Source: Hyperthermus butylicus DSM 5456 (lineage in GTDB: Archaea > Thermoproteota > Thermoprotei_A > Sulfolobales > Pyrodictiaceae). From it: DNA of 32,000 nucleotides. A program made the position numbers and the translations under genes. The DNA lies in the NCBI RefSeq assembly GCF_000015145.1, contig NC_008818.1:1020001-1052000 (forward strand), given 5' to 3'. The notes under the pieces are model-generated. The model did no database searches and was not told where the DNA came from. It saw only the letters and a program-made list of their open reading frames with translations. Below, one piece after another: positions 9,682-18,779 of this stretch. Within the stretch, counting starts at the first letter, position 1; each line of letters begins with the position of its first letter.

Positions 9682-9818
9682 GTTGATGGGCTATAACAGT
9701 ATCACTCGTGCATTCAAAGGGCTCTGGACATAGGTGGAGTGTATATTTAAAATCTCCCAGCTGCACAGCTGTATTGTCCACAAACCTAGTTTGACGTATG
9801 TAGTGGAGGTGTGCTGCT

Positions 9819-10253
9819 TTGGCTCGGGTTGAGCGTAGGTTCGGAGGCATTGCAAGCCCCCTTGTGCGGCTAGCCTACTTCATATTCGAAATTATTGCAT
9901 TCATTATGTTAGCTGTCGCAGCTCTAATAGCATTCTATGATTTCATTGTGTTTATATTCGAGCGCGTATTCGACTATACCGAGGTACTGCCAAGGATTCT
10001 ACTAATCTTCGTGTTCATAGACCTCATGAGGGTTATCGTGCACAGTGTTACTGAGAGAAGGTTCCGAATGGACATACTCTTCGAAGCAATAACGATCGCT
10101 GTGGCACGTGACCTCATAAGCGCTCTAGCACTCGTTGAAAAGGAGTTCGTGCCTATAAGGATAATAGTGTTGTCGGGACTTCTGGTGCTCGTAGTAACCC
10201 TATGGTACTTCGCTCGTCGAGCCGAGTTTTCCGCCAGCTGTACGGGCAAGTAG
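9819..10253 (+). CDS. PsiE-like (phosphate-starvation-inducible) membrane protein
   Basis: 144 aa with TMs and 'LIFVFIDLMRVIVHSVTERRFRMDILFEAITIAVARDLI', typical of the PsiE-like family. Confidence 0.75.
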   Translation: MARVERRFGGIASPLVRLAYFIFEIIAFIMLAVAALIAFYDFIVFIFERVFDYTEVLPRILLIFVFIDLMRVIVHSVTERRFRMDILFEAITIAVARDLISALALVEKEFVPIRIIVLSGLLVLVVTLWYFARRAEFSASCTGK

Positions 10254-10940
10254 CGCCAATGTCCTTCTAGCCTCGACGGAGAGCCTTGACACTGTAAGCA
10301 TCTTCCTTGCAAGCCGTGCAGCGGCCCTCACTAGGCGGTGGAGGGTCTCGACCTCGGGGCCCTCGTAGCCCAGCTCCTCAGCCTTCCGGAGAAGCTTCAC
10401 TGCCAGCTCCAGCTCGTTAAACGCTATGCCACGTAGGAACGCCAGGTCCGACTGAGTGAGCCGGGGCTTGGAGGCGAGCGCCTCGAGCTTCTCAGCTAGC
10501 TGGTCCGGAGATATGCTCGCTATCTGAAGCTGTAGGAGCGCAACCTCTGGCTCAACCTCGTCACCGGCTTCTTCAAGTTCAGTATCCTCCGAAACATTCA
10601 CGCCCTGCTCATAGGCCTCTAGGGCCTCGATGACGGCGTCGAGGTCTATGAAGCGCCACCAGTGCTGGTTGCTGCTACGATAGCTTGTCTCGACGATTCC
10701 GTAGTCTCTTTCGAGGACACGAAGGAGCATTGACGGGTTATACTCTATTCCCCATGCCCGGAGCCGGGCTACAACCTCCCGGTAGCTAAAATCGCCGAGC
10801 CTAATCCCTCTCCTCCCCCGCGAGCCTACAGCAGCGTCGACGGCTGCGCGGAGAACAGCATAGCCCCTCTCACCGTATTCGGCAAGGAATTCCAGGACTC
10901 GCTCCCGCACACCAGGAGCCTGGGCCAAGGCGCCCACCAC
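10200..10940 (-). CDS. Conserved hypothetical archaeal protein with N-terminal helical/possible HTH region
   Basis: 246 aa ORF; 'YREVVARLRAWGIEYNPSMLLRVLERDYGIVETSYRSSNQHWWRFID' looks like a winged-helix-like segment. Overlaps the 3' end of the psiE-like gene by 54 nt. Confidence 0.75.
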   Translation of the reverse strand: MVGALAQAPGVRERVLEFLAEYGERGYAVLRAAVDAAVGSRGRRGIRLGDFSYREVVARLRAWGIEYNPSMLLRVLERDYGIVETSYRSSNQHWWRFIDLDAVIEALEAYEQGVNVSEDTELEEAGDEVEPEVALLQLQIASISPDQLAEKLEALASKPRLTQSDLAFLRGIAFNELELAVKLLRKAEELGYEGPEVETLHRLVRAAARLARKMLTVSRLSVEARRTLALLARTAGGKLGSTSEVP

Positions 10941-11329
10941 ACTGTCGCGGGGGAGGAGAGGGTCCTGGCCCCCTCCGCTACCTTATTCGCGGGTATTCCT
11001 CTAGAAGATATACCTCTTGGCCCACCGTGGCATTACTCGAGGCAGCGTAGCACCGGGGTATGACAGGAGTAGCACTGCGGCATGTGGTTCGGATGTACCT
11101 CGCCTACTTCACAGCCCCCAGAGCCGCTGGGGGCTCTGCGGCCCATCAGGTGGATGGCTGCGGCCCTCCACATCCCTCCAGGGATGGGTTAGTTGTGTGG
11201 CACGCTTTTCTAGTTATAGCTGCCGTTGTGTAGTTGTTTGGGACTGGGGCTTCAGGAGCGGCAGCGGAGATATTAACGGGTGTAAAAGTACATATTGTCC
11301 CAGGGGGATACGCCTTGCCGCTCAACGTA

Positions 11330-12046
11330 GTGGATGCCTATGTCTCTACGAGGGATGGCAGGGAGATAGTGCGGGGTGTCTCGCTGGAGATCCGCGAGGG
11401 CCGCATACACGTCCTCATGGGGCCTAACGGTGCCGGTAAGAGCAGCCTAGCACAAGCCGTCATGGGGCACCGCAATTATGTGTACAAGGGCAAGCTCCTC
11501 TTCGACGGCGAGGACATAACTGGGCTTAGCACTGCTGAGAGGGTTAAGCGCGGACTTACTCTTGCAGTGCAGATCCCTGTTGAGGTTGAGGGGGTTAGGG
11601 TCTCTGAGATCCTGGTACGTGTTGCACAGAAATTCCGGGGAACTAAAACAATGAAGGAGGCGATGCAGGTTATAAGGGAGGCACTGGAGGCCGTGGGTCT
11701 CTCTGAGTCCCTCCTCGCAAGGGAATACATGGTCGGCATGAGTGGTGGTGAGAGGAAGAGGCTAGAGCTTGCAAGGATAATCATCCAGAAGCCAAAGATA
11801 GCAATACTCGACGAGCCCGATAGCGGGGTTGACGTGGAGAGCATACCGAAGATAGCAGCTGCCATAGAGAAGCTTGCCGAGAGCGGTACCGGCATACTCC
11901 TAATCACCCACCAGCCCCGCCTCCTCACCCGCCTCATCCCCGACAAGGTCTACGTAATGCTCAGCGGCAGAATAGTCGCCGAAGGCGGTATCGAGCTGGT
12001 AAGGCGTATCGAGGAGAAAGGATACACACCCTTCAGGGGTGAGTAG
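11330..12046 (+). CDS. sufC: Fe-S cluster assembly ATPase SufC
   Basis: VRGVSLEIREGRIHVLMGPNGAGKSSLAQAVMGHRNY...MSGGERKRLELARIIIQKPKIAILDEPDSGVDVES. Open frame extends to 11234 but GTG at 11330 fits a normal SufC start. Confidence 0.95.
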   Translation: MDAYVSTRDGREIVRGVSLEIREGRIHVLMGPNGAGKSSLAQAVMGHRNYVYKGKLLFDGEDITGLSTAERVKRGLTLAVQIPVEVEGVRVSEILVRVAQKFRGTKTMKEAMQVIREALEAVGLSESLLAREYMVGMSGGERKRLELARIIIQKPKIAILDEPDSGVDVESIPKIAAAIEKLAESGTGILLITHQPRLLTRLIPDKVYVMLSGRIVAEGGIELVRRIEEKGYTPFRGE

Positions 12047-13370
12047 TGTCGTGTCGGTCATGGATAAACCCCTAGCTGAGCTGAGCAGGGAGGACATTAT
12101 AGAGTTCAGCCGTAAGCGCGGCGAGCCAGAGTGGGTTCTAAGACTCCGCCTCAAAGCCTACGAGTACATACGCTCTACGAGCTACGACCCGTCAATAGAT
12201 CCATACATGGAGAAGGTTACCTACCGCCAGTTCCTTGAGGGCCTCGAGAAGCCACTAATTGTCGACGAGCAGCTGGCAAAGGCTGCTAGGAGGCTGGGCA
12301 TACGGCCCGACGAGTTAGAAATCATATACAGCGGATTCAGCGTAAACATAGACAACGTCGTTATCAAGACTGTTCTTAAAATGCTTGAGAAACGCGGGGT
12401 CATACTGACATCGATGGACGAAGCTGTAAAGAGGTACCCCGTTGTGAAGGACTACGCGTTCCGCGGTCTACACCCAACACTAAGCAAGAAGGTAGCCTAC
12501 CACGTCATGCTATGGGCTGGCGGCATATTCGTGTACGTGCCGGAGGGTGTTAGGCTACCCCAGCCCATTCAAGGCTTATTCATCATAGGGAAGGAGGGGC
12601 TTAGCCAGACAGAGCACACGCTAATAGTCCTCGAGGAGGGCGCAGAGCTACACTGGATTGAGGGCTGCACGGCACCGCTAAGACTTAGCTATGGCGTACA
12701 CCTCGGAGGCCTGGAGGCCTTCGTAAAGGATAGGGCTAGGCTGTTCGTGGTTAGTATTAACAACTGGCCAGGCGACGTACACCATACCCCCGCCAAGAGG
12801 GTGATTGTAGAGGGGTATAAGGCCTACGCCGAGCTTACAAGCGTATCTTTGGCAGCCAAGACGGTGAACGTGGCGCCACGGATAGATCTCCGCGGCCAGG
12901 ACAGCACCGCAGTCATACAGAACATAGGCCTCTACCGGGGCAACCAGGTTGTACGCAGCTCTCCGCTCATAGTCTATGAGGCTCCGGGCACGAGGGGCCA
13001 GCTGCTAAACCGCACAGTCGTAAAGGATAGCGCGGACGAGGAGTTCCGTGGAAGACTCGAAGTGCGTAGAGGCGCTAAGGGCGCCACAGGCTTCATGAGT
13101 TGCAACACCTTGATAATAGGTGATAAGGCTAGGAGTGCAGCGATACCGGCTATAGCGAGTGAGGAAAGGGACTCAGAGCTATCCCACGAGGCTAGCGTCG
13201 GAAGGATAAGCTATGAGAAGCTCTACTACCTACAGCTAATGGGATTTGACGAGGAGGAAGCAACCTGGCTGATAGTGAGCGGGTTCTTCGACCCAGTGAT
13301 AAAGAAGCTGCCCTTCGACATACAGATAGAGGTCAGAAAGATACTCGAGCTAGCAGTAAAAGGCCACTAG
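12039..13370 (+). CDS. sufB: Fe-S cluster assembly scaffold, SufB/SufD family
   Basis: SufBD core: EGAELHWIEGCTAPLRLSYGVHLGGLEAFVKDRARLFVVSINNW...SHEASVGRISYEKLYYLQLMGFDEEEATWLIVSGFFDPV; overlaps sufC by 8 nt. Confidence 0.93.
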   Translation: MSSVVSVMDKPLAELSREDIIEFSRKRGEPEWVLRLRLKAYEYIRSTSYDPSIDPYMEKVTYRQFLEGLEKPLIVDEQLAKAARRLGIRPDELEIIYSGFSVNIDNVVIKTVLKMLEKRGVILTSMDEAVKRYPVVKDYAFRGLHPTLSKKVAYHVMLWAGGIFVYVPEGVRLPQPIQGLFIIGKEGLSQTEHTLIVLEEGAELHWIEGCTAPLRLSYGVHLGGLEAFVKDRARLFVVSINNWPGDVHHTPAKRVIVEGYKAYAELTSVSLAAKTVNVAPRIDLRGQDSTAVIQNIGLYRGNQVVRSSPLIVYEAPGTRGQLLNRTVVKDSADEEFRGRLEVRRGAKGATGFMSCNTLIIGDKARSAAIPAIASEERDSELSHEASVGRISYEKLYYLQLMGFDEEEATWLIVSGFFDPVIKKLPFDIQIEVRKILELAVKGH

Positions 13371-13529
13371 CATCAACCTCCCCCTTTTCCAAGCACAATA
13401 CCGCGATACGATCCTCCCACCTCCTCTCACGTCGATAAGGAGCAGTAGTTGAGGTAGCTGGAGATCATAGTGTTGAGTCTCGTGGCTTGCAATGCTAGAA
13501 GAGCAAGTAATGACAAGTAATGGTGAAAA

Positions 13530-13553
13530 CTCCAAGCTCCATGGAGCTTGGAG
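13530..13553. repeat. Perfect 24-bp palindrome CTCCAAGCTCCATGGAGCTTGGAG
   Basis: Sequence equals its own reverse complement across all 24 positions. Confidence 0.9.
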
Positions 13554-13572
13554 GCGTTAACCCAATAAAGCC

Positions 13573-13590
13573 CCCCAACACTGTTTGGGG
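13573..13590. repeat. Hairpin CCCCAA-CACTGT-TTGGGG
   Basis: 6-bp perfect stem with 6-nt loop, 20 nt downstream of the 24-bp palindrome and about 20 nt upstream of tRNA-Ile. Confidence 0.75.
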
Positions 13591-13611
13591 AGAAACCGGA
13601 GCCAATAACCT

Positions 13612-13688
13612 GGGCCCGTAGCTCAGCCCGGCGGAGCGCCCGGCTGATAACCGGGAGGTCGGGGGTTCAAATCCCCCCGGGCCCACCA
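13612..13688 (+). tRNA. tRNA-Ile (anticodon GAT), encoded CCA
   Basis: GGGCCCG TA GCTC AGCCCGGCG GAGC G CCCGG CTGATAA CCGGG AGGTC GGGGG TTCAAAT CCCCC CGGGCCC A CCA. Confidence 0.96.
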
Positions 13689-13928
13689 CCCTCCTCCTCA
13701 TCAATGCATGTTCCATAGTATTGCAGCATGCCCCTAAGTTCTCCGGGAAGTAAGAGGAGGATGCTTTGCATCAACCCCTTGTAGCTGGTCGGTGTTGTGT
13801 TTTAGAAACTAGCTTGGCTAGACTTGTCCAGCCCAGTTGGTTAGATCCCAAGTGACGAGTATGAGGTCCAATCCCCGGCATGTAGCTAGCTCCTGCTTCC
13901 GGGTCTCCGCGGGGGCCCTGATGCCATG

Positions 13929-14861
13929 TTATGGTGTTCGGCGTAGTGGACGGTGTAGTCTACCCGAAATTGTGGGGTAGAAGGCTGCCCGTGGCGGCTC
14001 GCCGAGGGCCTCTGCTAGGGCCCTGTATGCCTCCTCTATGCTTTCCTCGTCGTTGGGGTCTGCGTAGACTGCTAGCCTGGCGACCCTGCTGGGCTGTAGT
14101 CGAACCCCCGCAAGCCTTCCACCTGGTGCCCTCCATGCCCTGCTGGTTGCTCTCTCAGCAAGCCAGCGGAGGACCTTGCCGGCGGTCTGCTGGTCGAGGT
14201 ACAGTATCCAAGCTCCGGCCCTACCGTTACCTTCCTCGTCCCTGGTGGCGACTGCTAGCTCGCCCTGCTCGTATGTGTAGGGGCCGCCCACGAGGAGCGA
14301 CGCCAGCTCCTCCAGCTCCCCTAGGCAGGGGAGGCCCTCGCGCTCCAGCGCCAAGAGTACTATCCTCACGGGCTTCCTCTCGGCGGTTGCTAGGCCCCAG
14401 GCTAGCCCCCTCGCGACAGCGTCGAGGAAGCCTGGGGTGTATGCGGGCCTGTCGGTAGCCACGTGTATCGGCGCGGTGAAGGCGTAGGGGCGAAGTAGCA
14501 GGAAGCACGTGGCACAAGCGGGTAGGACATCCTCTAGTACGGCAGTGTTGTTGTCGAGCATCCATAGGCCAACAACATACTCTGCATCACCGCCGCATAC
14601 ACTGCAGCCACGGCCCAGGAAGCGGGCTACGACTCTGCGGAGCCCCGCGAGAGCCTCTTCCAGGCAGCTGCAGCCGCCGAGAAGGCCGCATGCAAGCCCG
14701 GAGTTCAGCTTGGCGAGAAACCAGGGCTCGGCAAGATAGAGCCAGGGTGGCATACCCGAAGCGAACACAACCCAGCCAGCATGGAGCAAGCCCTGGCCTC
14801 TATATGCTATGGCACTGGACATAGCGGGGCCCCCCGGGGGAGACATACTACCCATCCGCAA
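13929..14861 (-). CDS. Hypothetical archaeal protein with two cysteine pairs; start may be downstream (MSSAIAYRG...)
   Basis: 310 aa ORF with 'CSVCGG' ... 'CATCF' possible metal-binding pairs. Confidence 0.65.
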   Translation of the reverse strand: MRMGSMSPPGGPAMSSAIAYRGQGLLHAGWVVFASGMPPWLYLAEPWFLAKLNSGLACGLLGGCSCLEEALAGLRRVVARFLGRGCSVCGGDAEYVVGLWMLDNNTAVLEDVLPACATCFLLLRPYAFTAPIHVATDRPAYTPGFLDAVARGLAWGLATAERKPVRIVLLALEREGLPCLGELEELASLLVGGPYTYEQGELAVATRDEEGNGRAGAWILYLDQQTAGKVLRWLAERATSRAWRAPGGRLAGVRLQPSRVARLAVYADPNDEESIEEAYRALAEALGEPPRAAFYPTISGRLHRPLRRTP

Positions 14862-15178
14862 TGGGGGCTAAGCCCTCTAACCCACAACACTCAGTATAGG
14901 CCGATAACCCCGGGCCAGCCAGGCTGAGGAGAGTAAGGGTGTGTGGAGCTAGACGGGGGCCGAGCCTCTGGGGCTGTGATGTGAACCCTTGTCTCCGAAC
15001 CCCGCTATAATGGTTCTTCATGGTAGGTCTGGGATTGCTGGCTGGTCCCGCAGCATCTTGGGTACCGTGAACGCGTTGCGCAGGGCTAGTTCCAGCTTAT
15101 CCCTCGTATCTATGAGGTATGTATAGTGAATGTTGAGTAGCCTAACGAGGCCCTTACCGGTCTCAGCTTGTATGCTTA

Positions 15179-15660
15179 CTAGGAGCCTCTCAAACGGTCG
15201 CTGCCCACAGCCTCCATTATAGCCCTTATATCCTCGAAGGTGCCTAGCATCCTCCGCGTATACATGGTCTCCAGCGTCACCACGATGTCTGGAGCGGCTT
15301 CCAGCAGCTTCTTAATAACCTCCGCAGCTTGCTCTATATCCCGGTGATCCATCCACACCCTCCAGCCAATATGGAGGTTGAAGATCTCCGCGCCAGCCTC
15401 CCTAGCCTTCCTTACCGCGGCTACAAGCGCCTTAACCGTGCGCTCCTGTACCTCCGGCACTGTTGAAGCCACGTTATAGTATGGGGTGTGCGCGGTAACA
15501 GTGGTAAACGCCTTAGAAGCCAGCTCACGGTACTGCTAGAAGTACTCCATGCCGCGACTACGCCGGGAGAAGTCGTATGGTGGAATCTCAGTCAGCTTCA
15601 TAGCCAGCGTTGCAGCTTTAACTAGGGTCGAGAGAGCATTATACGTATCCCAGTCGAAGA
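15179..15660 (-). pseudogene. Decayed xylose-isomerase-like TIM barrel / endonuclease-IV-like gene
   Basis: In-frame minus-strand reading across an internal TAG: ...SRRSRGMEYF*QYRELASKAFTTVTAHTPYYNVASTVPEVQERTVKALVAAVRKAREAGAEIFNLHIGWRVWMDHRDIEQAAEVIKKLLEAAPDIVVTLETM... then a second stop after GSDRLRGS. 'AHTPYYN' and 'EIFNLHIG' match Nfo-like domains. Confidence 0.65.
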
Positions 15661-16407
15661 GTATCACGGCAACCAGCCCCACACAGCCTGGAACAGTAAT
15701 AAAGGTAGTACCCTAGAGAACTAACCCTCCCGCCTTGACGTGTAGAACAGCACCAGAGCCGTAGCTCGCAGCACCCAAGACAGCGAGAAGGCCTACTCAT
15801 ACAGTCTACAACACTTGATACATGCTGCATTACAAACAAAAATAGGAGCCGGTACCCGCAACAATTACGAAGCCTTGTGCGACAACAGCAACCAGGCAGA
15901 TAAGATAACCATGGAGAAGCTCATACTCACAATCAACACTATACACTGAATATTTGTAGCCAGCAAAAATAGGGAGAGTATGGTGCATGTCGAGCCGTGT
16001 AAACAAGCTCTCTATCCTACGCAACTGGTTTTCACACGAGTCTAGGAGCAGTGCTTCACGCTGAACCTCTCGAAGGCTGTGGCATCAGGAGCCCGTATAG
16101 CTTAGCAAGTCGTGCATAGCGTCCTTGATTGTAGTTTTCTGCTGCGAGACTCTTCCCTTCAGCGTTGCGAGGTTAACAGCTAGAACTACTCCAACGTGTC
16201 TGTTCCACATAGTTTCTTGGCGTTGTTTGAAGCTGGTTTATCTTTAACGGTTACAGTGATAACGTGCATTCGCTGATAAGTGCATGTGTTGTATCACTTG
16301 TTAATATCATGCTTGGAGGGTTTGTGCAAGCAACTCTTGGACTTTTTGATCTTGTGGAGTACTGCTTTTATGTCTCTGCGGCTGCGCAATGAGCCTAGCC
16401 TGGTACC

Positions 16408-17583
16408 GTGTCTCCCGGGCTGCAGCGTGTCCTGGATGTGATGGGTATGTCGGGGCTGGTTGCACTCAATATCCCCGAGGAGCCAGTTATGAGCGTTGTG
16501 GCAGTGCTCGGCGCTATACTCGGCATGGTGCTAGTACTCCCAATGGTGTCTAGGAAAGTGGAGGAGAACCTTGAACCATTCTTTCTCGTAATGGGCATAG
16601 TGGGCAGCATAGCCATATATCTAGCGGGTATTCTTCCTTCCGGCGAGGTTGGCGAGCTGGTTAAGCGTGCACTACTCACTCCAGTCATGCTGCACGGCAT
16701 ACCAATTGGTATAACTCAGGTCGTGCTATTGGCAGGTCTTGCATTCTACAAGTATCACGGCCCCATATATCGTGGTATTGGTAGGCTGCTAGAGAAGCTG
16801 GGTGTACGCGGCTTTCTATTAGTGATGGTAACCATTCTCGGGCTGGCAAGCAGCATAATATCGGTTATCGTGGCTGCTGTAATCTTCGCAGAAATCATGG
16901 CTGCACTTCCCCTCTCAAGGCAGAAAAGGGTAGAGGCCACGGTGCTGGCAGCGTTCGCTCTGGGGATGGGTGCAGCCCTAACACCGGTAGGCGAGCCTCT
17001 CGCCACTATAGCAGTGAGCAAGCTTTCCGGACCACCACACTATGCCGGCTTTGACTTCCTCTTGAAGCTCCTAGGTCCCTACATAATACCCGGCGTCGTG
17101 GCAGTCGCAGCCTATACTGCTGCACGCGTTACCCGAGGAGTAACCGAGCCAGTACATGGTATGGTGAAGAGCGTAGAGTACGCTGAGACCCTGCATGGCG
17201 TGATTCTGCGCGCGCTCCGAGTATACATATTCGTTGCAGCGCTAGAGCTACTGGGCACGAGCTTCATGCCACTCGTGGAATGGTACTTCACGAAGATACC
17301 ATCCTACATACTGTACTGGATGAACATGATCTCAGCAGTGGTAGACAACGCTACATTGACAGCGGCAGAGATAGGACCATACCTGCACATAGACCAGATA
17401 CAAGCAGCCCTCATGAGCCTAATAGTGTCTGGTGGCATGTTGATACCAGGCAACATACCCAACATAGTAGCCGCGAATAGGCTCAAGATAACCTCTAAGG
17501 AATGGGCGCGCATAGGGGTACCCTTCGGAGCAGTACTGCTAGTAATCTACTTCATACTACTATTTGGCTCGTCCATGCTGTAA
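16408..17583 (+). CDS. DUF1646-family (CitMHS/IT superfamily-like) ion transporter
   Basis: 391 aa, about 10 TM; 'MVLVLPMVSRKVEENLEPFFLVMGIVG', 'GMGAALTPVGEPLATIAVSKL' and 'VVDNATLTAAEIGP...SGGMLIPGNIPNIV' match this family. Confidence 0.88.
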   Translation: MSPGLQRVLDVMGMSGLVALNIPEEPVMSVVAVLGAILGMVLVLPMVSRKVEENLEPFFLVMGIVGSIAIYLAGILPSGEVGELVKRALLTPVMLHGIPIGITQVVLLAGLAFYKYHGPIYRGIGRLLEKLGVRGFLLVMVTILGLASSIISVIVAAVIFAEIMAALPLSRQKRVEATVLAAFALGMGAALTPVGEPLATIAVSKLSGPPHYAGFDFLLKLLGPYIIPGVVAVAAYTAARVTRGVTEPVHGMVKSVEYAETLHGVILRALRVYIFVAALELLGTSFMPLVEWYFTKIPSYILYWMNMISAVVDNATLTAAEIGPYLHIDQIQAALMSLIVSGGMLIPGNIPNIVAANRLKITSKEWARIGVPFGAVLLVIYFILLFGSSML

Positions 17584-17720
17584 ACATAGGATCACTACAT
17601 GTTGTCGTCCAACAGTAAAGTAGTAACAATTGGGAACGCTATGGTGGGAGGAGAGATAGGTTTGGCGTGCTTGAAAAACGGTGTAGAGCACTAAAAAGCT
17701 GCACGATGGTTTTTCACGAA

Positions 17721-18596
17721 CTACTTGCAGACCAGCACATGGGTCTCAGTACGCCGTATAACGGTCTCGGCTGTTGTCCCTATTATCTCGTGGAGGCCGT
17801 TATTCCCGTTATGGGGGCCGATGAGCACTAGTGATGCGTTAAGCTTTTTCGCCTCCTCGACTATAGTCTTGCCCGGCTTCCCCTTGGCTAGTACATAGCT
17901 CGCCTTCACACCGTCAACCGCCAGGCTCTCTACAATCTCGGTCAGGCGTCGCGATACCTCGGATTCATCTTCGCCCTCCTCTAGCACGTGGAGAAGCACT
18001 ACCTGCGCATTCGTCCTCCGAGCTATTTCTCTCGCCCTGCACACTATGGGTTCAACATATGAGCCAAAGTCTATGGCGGCCAGTATGGGGCCCCTAAATG
18101 GGTCATCAGGGGGCTGAAGCTTAACCTCTCCACCCTCCAGGCGGCTGTACGGTTTAGAAATGAATATAGGCCTATCAGCGACATGAACAAGCTCTTCAGC
18201 CGTACCCCCCAGCAGTATACGACGGATCCACCCCCGCCCTCTCGACGCAACCACGATATAATCTGCATTCATTCTCTGCGCAACCTCAGCAATCTTCTGG
18301 GCAGGCACACCCGCTTCAGGATCTACGACTTCAACATTGAACCCTTTGCTGCGCAGCTCAGCCGCGTAAGCCTCGAGCTTGCTTAGAGCCTCTCGTTCCA
18401 TTTCCTCTCTGAGCCGGCCCACCAGATACCCGCTCGCAACGTGCTCCAGCACGTCTATGGGTATGATGTGCACCAGTGTTAGACGCTCAGTCCCAATCCG
18501 CCGAAGATGCGATAGCCATGGCACAAACAGGTCAGACACGCTTGAGAGGTCGAGGCCAACAACGGCATGCGCAAAACTACAGCTCTCCACTGCCAA
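17721..18596 (-). CDS. Universal stress protein with two tandem UspA domains
   Basis: Two UspA modules ending 'VVASRGRGWIRRILLGGTAEELVHVADRPIFIS' and 'VLIGPHNGNNGLHEIIGTTAETVIRRTETHVLVCK'. Confidence 0.93.
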   Translation of the reverse strand: MAVESCSFAHAVVGLDLSSVSDLFVPWLSHLRRIGTERLTLVHIIPIDVLEHVASGYLVGRLREEMEREALSKLEAYAAELRSKGFNVEVVDPEAGVPAQKIAEVAQRMNADYIVVASRGRGWIRRILLGGTAEELVHVADRPIFISKPYSRLEGGEVKLQPPDDPFRGPILAAIDFGSYVEPIVCRAREIARRTNAQVVLLHVLEEGEDESEVSRRLTEIVESLAVDGVKASYVLAKGKPGKTIVEEAKKLNASLVLIGPHNGNNGLHEIIGTTAETVIRRTETHVLVCK

Positions 18597-18779
18597 CCAG
18601 GATCCCTAAAACTTACCATTTAGCCGCTGGGAGGATAATAAGGGAACCCATACAATACCAACGTCTCAACAAGTTAGATGTTTTACTTTTGTGTTACGGT
18701 CTGCCGCTAGCCGCCCGTGATAGGGGAGGGTTTTCCAGCCCATAGTGTATAGTGTAGGGCGTGGAGGTATGGGGAAGAT

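Noticed and set aside
11476-11946. 156 aa minus-strand ORF
   Set aside because: Antisense to sufC; no family resemblance.
13495-13716. Minus-strand 73 aa ORF with VVGPGGFEPPTSRLSAGRSAGLSYG
   Set aside because: Antisense translation of tRNA-Ile; same artefact.
13931-14458. 175 aa plus-strand ORF
   Set aside because: Shadow frame of the 310 aa minus-strand ORF, rich in Arg/Pro/Gly.
15830-16024. 64 aa minus-strand ORF
   Set aside because: Short, no clear promoter or family; likely chance ORF.
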